The translations under genes and the position numbers were made by a program. The notes beneath the pieces are model-generated. The model had not been told where the DNA came from, ran no database searches, and saw only the letters and a program-made list of their open reading frames with translations. From Catajapyx aquilonaris (Eukaryota), in assembly GCA_000934665.2 (NCBI GenBank), contig KZ538155.1:62001-113877 (forward strand): a DNA stretch of 51,877 nucleotides, given 5' to 3'. This document shows positions 47,947 through 51,877 of this stretch, in pieces; the first letter of the stretch is position 1; each line of letters opens with the position of its first letter.

Positions 47947-48157
47947 GACACTTGAACACGAGCCTTTCTCCGTAGGATATAACCGCATCTTTCTCTTACC
48001 ACTGGAAAGCGTTAAGCGACTGTCGACATTGGCAACGGTCCCGGAATAACAGGTGACCTCTTCTGGAACCACTTGTTAACTCCAGCCTTGTAAGGGGTTA
48101 TTAAGACACATGCCTAGTGTAATTATTTGCTTAATTAATTACTGGTAGGAAAGGCTT

Positions 48158-48250
48158 CTAATATCCCAATCATTTCATTCTAGGCTCCAGTCTGGTATAG
48201 CATACCGCTATACCAGACTGGAGCCTAGAATGAAATGATTGGGATATTAG
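48158..48250. repeat. Perfect 44-bp inverted repeat with 5-nt loop
   Basis: ctaatatcccaatcatttcattctaggctccagtctggtatagc-atacc-gctataccagactggagcctagaatgaaatgattgggatattag. Confidence 0.95.
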
Positions 48251-48739
48251 TGGCTGAAGGGGGTTGTTGAAATGATTTATAGCTTTTCTTTGTGAGATTT
48301 AGCCGCATAGCTACGTAGCCTACATGAGATTAAGTTTTCCACAGTAAGATGTACAAAATAATACTTTCAACGATGATGACCCATTATTAGTCTATTATTA
48401 GAGACCATCCTGAAATGTGGGAGAGCACAGAACTCTAGTGTGAAATTAATGCATAGGCTATAAGAAGTTTTTCTATAGAAGTGCCAAATTTTGATAATTG
48501 ATACAAAATCATGACGATGAAAAAACAGCTAGAAAGTATAGTGGTGCACACTACAAAATTAAAAACAAAGAAAGTAACATGCCACGTTCTTTGATTTCTC
48601 GGCAAAAATCCCGAGTCAACCATTTGTACGAGTGTCATTGAATTGGGTGTCAGTCAGAAATAAAAATGTGGAACTTGAAAAAAGAACTTCACTTCTATAG
48701 GCAACGTCTGCATGCCTGGAAGCACATTGTAAGTCAGTC

Positions 48740-49563
48740 TCACTTCTTGCCAAATTTGGCCAGCAGCTTACAGAAGAACCCCATTTTCTTCTGTGGAATG
48801 GAAGCAACACTCAGCGCTTCATGGAGCAGATCTTGAGCCCGACTTGCAGATGCTTTAGTGGCATCAACGACAGCATCCAACTCCTCAGGACGTTCTTGGC
48901 TGTTTGGATTGCGATTGAACACATGCCAGTTGGAATCCACTTCCGGATCATCCAAACTTCCGTCCAGCACCGGCTTTTGGGAAGCCAGAAGCTGCTTCAG
49001 GGCTTCCAGCCTCTCCGTGCACCTCTGGAGCTCCATGGATGCCTCGGTGACCATCTCCCTCACCTTCCCGCCCATGATCTGCTCCTTTAGCGCCCAGATT
49101 GTGGCGTTTCGCTGCATGAGATCCTCCTCCAGCTTCGACATTTGGTTCTCAGTCCGCACCAGAGCCCACTTCAGCCTGTCCCGTTCAAAGCAGATCGTGG
49201 TGCTCTCCTCCTGAAGGTCCTCGATTCTTGCTCGCAGCACGGATGGGTCATCCTCCATCTCCTCCAGTGGCGTGCCTTCCATGTGGATGATCGTCACCAT
49301 GAACTCCCGAAGGATCATGGAGCGGCACACTGGGCAGGTCACAGTTCCAGCAGATGAACCATACCTTGTTCAAAGCAACCATGACAAAGTAAGTCAGTGC
49401 AATTGTTATTATTACCAAACATGATGTGATGATGCTGGTGGGCTACTCACTCATTGAACCAACGATAGATGCATGTGTCGTGGAAGATGTGGCCGCAGTC
49501 CGCTGACATGATCTCGGATGAAGGCAAGAACTCATTCCGGCAAATGATGCAGTACAGCTTCAT
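48740..49563 (-). CDS. TRAIP/NOPO-like RING-H2 plus coiled-coil protein (putative E3 ubiquitin ligase), 2 exons (49563-49451, 49364-48740), 245 aa
   Basis: MKLYCIIC...CGHIFHDTCIYRWFNE|YGSSAGTVTCPVCR joined across a gtgagt..aacaag 86-nt phase-2 intron. RING-H2 ligand pattern complete, followed by a heptad-rich helical region. Confidence 0.85.
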
Positions 49564-50676
49564 GGCTCTTTGATCTGAAATTCTTAAAAATTTGTAAAAA
49601 TAAAATACACTGGAAAATGTTGGTAATTTGCAAAGCTGTGCCTGATGACATTGATAAATCGATTTGCCGGTGTAACCTTTTGAGACATACTTACATCTCA
49701 CATAGCAGTTCATATGTTAACCTCGAATATAGTCATTGCAAAATAACTAACAATAAAAATGAAAACTGAACTGACAATTCAATTGGAACAATTGGAGGTC
49801 GTCTGCCTGACTCAGTAGTGCTCGGAAAGGAAACTGTATCCGGATCAAGCCTGATTTTAAACTCGATCCCACAGGAACATCCGGATTAGCAGGTTTCGGT
49901 CAGAAGTCATTTCGCCTATACCCTCCCCCCTATCCACCCACTCACTAATATATATATATTTTTTTTTGCACATTAGGCTGCAACATTTTGTGCATACTTC
50001 AGTAAACTTGCCCTGAGAAACCCTCCTAGAATAGAAAATACCAAACTCATTACAGGAAAGAAATCGCCGTGATTCGCTGGCCCCCAAAAATCTCGCTCTA
50101 AAAAAATCAACGTGCGTATTCCTGCAATTATTTTCAACCAAAGTATAAGAGTGTGGTCGCTATTTACCTTTGAGTCTGGCACTAGATGAAAATTCCAGCT
50201 GTTTGTCCGGACGAAGAGCGAAAGAGCAGCTAGGACCTTTCCCAACTGACTACTGCCGGAACAATGAGGGTGGGCTAATGAGTAGGGTAGACAATTAGTA
50301 ATGTGTGGGCCAGCTCGACTCAACCGCGAGTCATACGTTAATGACGACATCCACACCCGGAGGAACATGTATCACCACAATAAGTGCAATGGGTTTTCAA
50401 ACTTATTAGTCATAATTCCATCAACACGGTTATCAATGATTCATATACCATGGCCTGTAATTCCCATAAAGTGGCCAATTTGCATATTTCCGCTTTCATA
50501 ATAAATTCAGATTTACTACAGCTTCAAGAGCTGTTTAAAAATAGCAACGAATACATTATAGTGAGATAATTCCCTTCAGACCATAGACAATACATCGGCT
50601 GTGAAACTGTAAATCCCACGCTTCAATGGAGGCAAAACAAAGCGTGATGGAGAGAGAGAGAGAAAAAGAAAGCAGT

Positions 50677-50747
50677 TGCATCGGCCGGGAATCGAACCCG
50701 GGTCGCCCGCGTGGCAGGCGAGCATTCTACCACTGAACCACCGATGC
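50677..50747 (-). tRNA. trnG: tRNA-Gly(GCC)
   Basis: GCATCGGTGGTTCAGTGGTAGAATGCTCGCCTGCCACGCGGGCGACCCGGGTTCGATTCCCGGCCGATGCA; 71 nt, T5 terminator downstream. Confidence 0.96.
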
Positions 50748-51475
50748 TTCACTTGAAAGTCATACAGTCATACTGCTATTAACCCAAACTAGATAGTTAC
50801 ACTCCTAAGCAGCACACACTTGGAGGAAATTTCACATTTAATTTAATAGCAACCGATGCAGGTACAAAATTTCAGAAAATAATTTAATGCTTGCTCTAAT
50901 TTCGATATTTTTATGTTTATATGGTACGGTACTTTTCTTTCCATAAATTATTTGCATAATAAGACATTCGTGACCCACTTTTCAACAGTCGCCTGCAATT
51001 TTTTCTGAATATGATGTCACTGTCGTAAAAAAAAGGGAAATGAAATTACAGTTATCCGATACGGCCAGACACTTGCTAACTGGCGATAGGCCTACACCAA
51101 CATTGTTTTTTTATTAACAAACTTTACTACCGTATACTGTAATAATTGAGTTTTCACGCTTTTATTAATTCAATGTGTTATCATCACTAGCTGCCCGTGT
51201 CATAGGGAACTGTCACAATGTTTTCTGGAGGAGACACATATCCCAATAATACCAGTATCATTCGAATCGGTGTCTATAGTTTCTAGTGAATGCAATTATT
51301 ATGATTTGAATGGCCAAATGGAGTCCTAGCCTACATTTTGCAAACCCATGAAAAAATCGTCATTATTTTAAAATAAATTTTGGTGTTTTATGCTTGAAGA
51401 AATAAATATAGGCTATTAGTGTTCGAGCTATGATCGATCTAATATCATAATAATTATATGGTATCGTATTGCCCT

Positions 51476-51711
51476 CTGACGTCACTGTTGTTAAAAGATC
51501 GGTGCAGAGGCAGGAATGCACCCGGGTTGTTTGTTGCCTAACAACGGAATCGAACGACCGTAAGTATAAATCCGAATCGAACTGGACCGCCAGTAAATAA
51601 TCCGAATCAAACGGCCGCGAGGCAACGAACTGCTGACGTCACTGTTGTCTCCTTGGTTAGGCAGGAGTGGGAATGCGCTTTTTAGGCCACGCCCCCGTGT
51701 TTCCGGCCAAT
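51476..51711. promoter_or_regulatory. Promoter-like motif cluster
   Basis: Duplicated CTGACGTCACTGTTG (CRE) at 51476 and 51633, X-box-like GTTGCCTAACAAC, GGCCACGCCCC (Sp/KLF), TTCCGG (ETS) and CCAAT; CpG-rich. Confidence 0.4.
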
Positions 51712-51877
51712 TTGCGAGTGACTTTTAAACCCCCGATAATTTATCGAGTAATGACATTTTGGTGCCGAAAAGTGTTAGAATGCATCTAATATATATAAAG
51801 CCCCAATCCGAGGAGGATATAGGATGGAAAAGATCTCCCACTTCCCGAGGTCGTACAGACCTCGGACTTACGCCGTT

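Overview
Eukaryotic (invertebrate, arthropod-like) genomic DNA. Bases 1-45.6 kb hold the 3' part of a large multi-PDZ scaffold gene on the + strand (MPDZ/MUPP1-PATJ-InaD family). I rebuilt 22 GT-AG coding exons by hand with consistent phases: 4455 nt, about 1484 aa, 5' end outside the window. They encode equivalents of MPDZ PDZ6-11 and PDZ13, with clear Drosophila InaD signature segments. The long CpG-rich central introns contain a candidate internal first exon, a 31-bp-phased array of CTCF-like motifs and several near-perfect palindromes. Downstream lie a C2H2 zinc-finger fragment fused to a 31/34-bp minisatellite, an intron-containing tRNA-Tyr, a perfect 44-bp hairpin, a two-exon TRAIP-like RING-H2/coiled-coil gene (-), a tRNA-Gly(GCC) and a promoter-like motif cluster at the right edge. 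Family assignments come from recalled sequences, not database searches.
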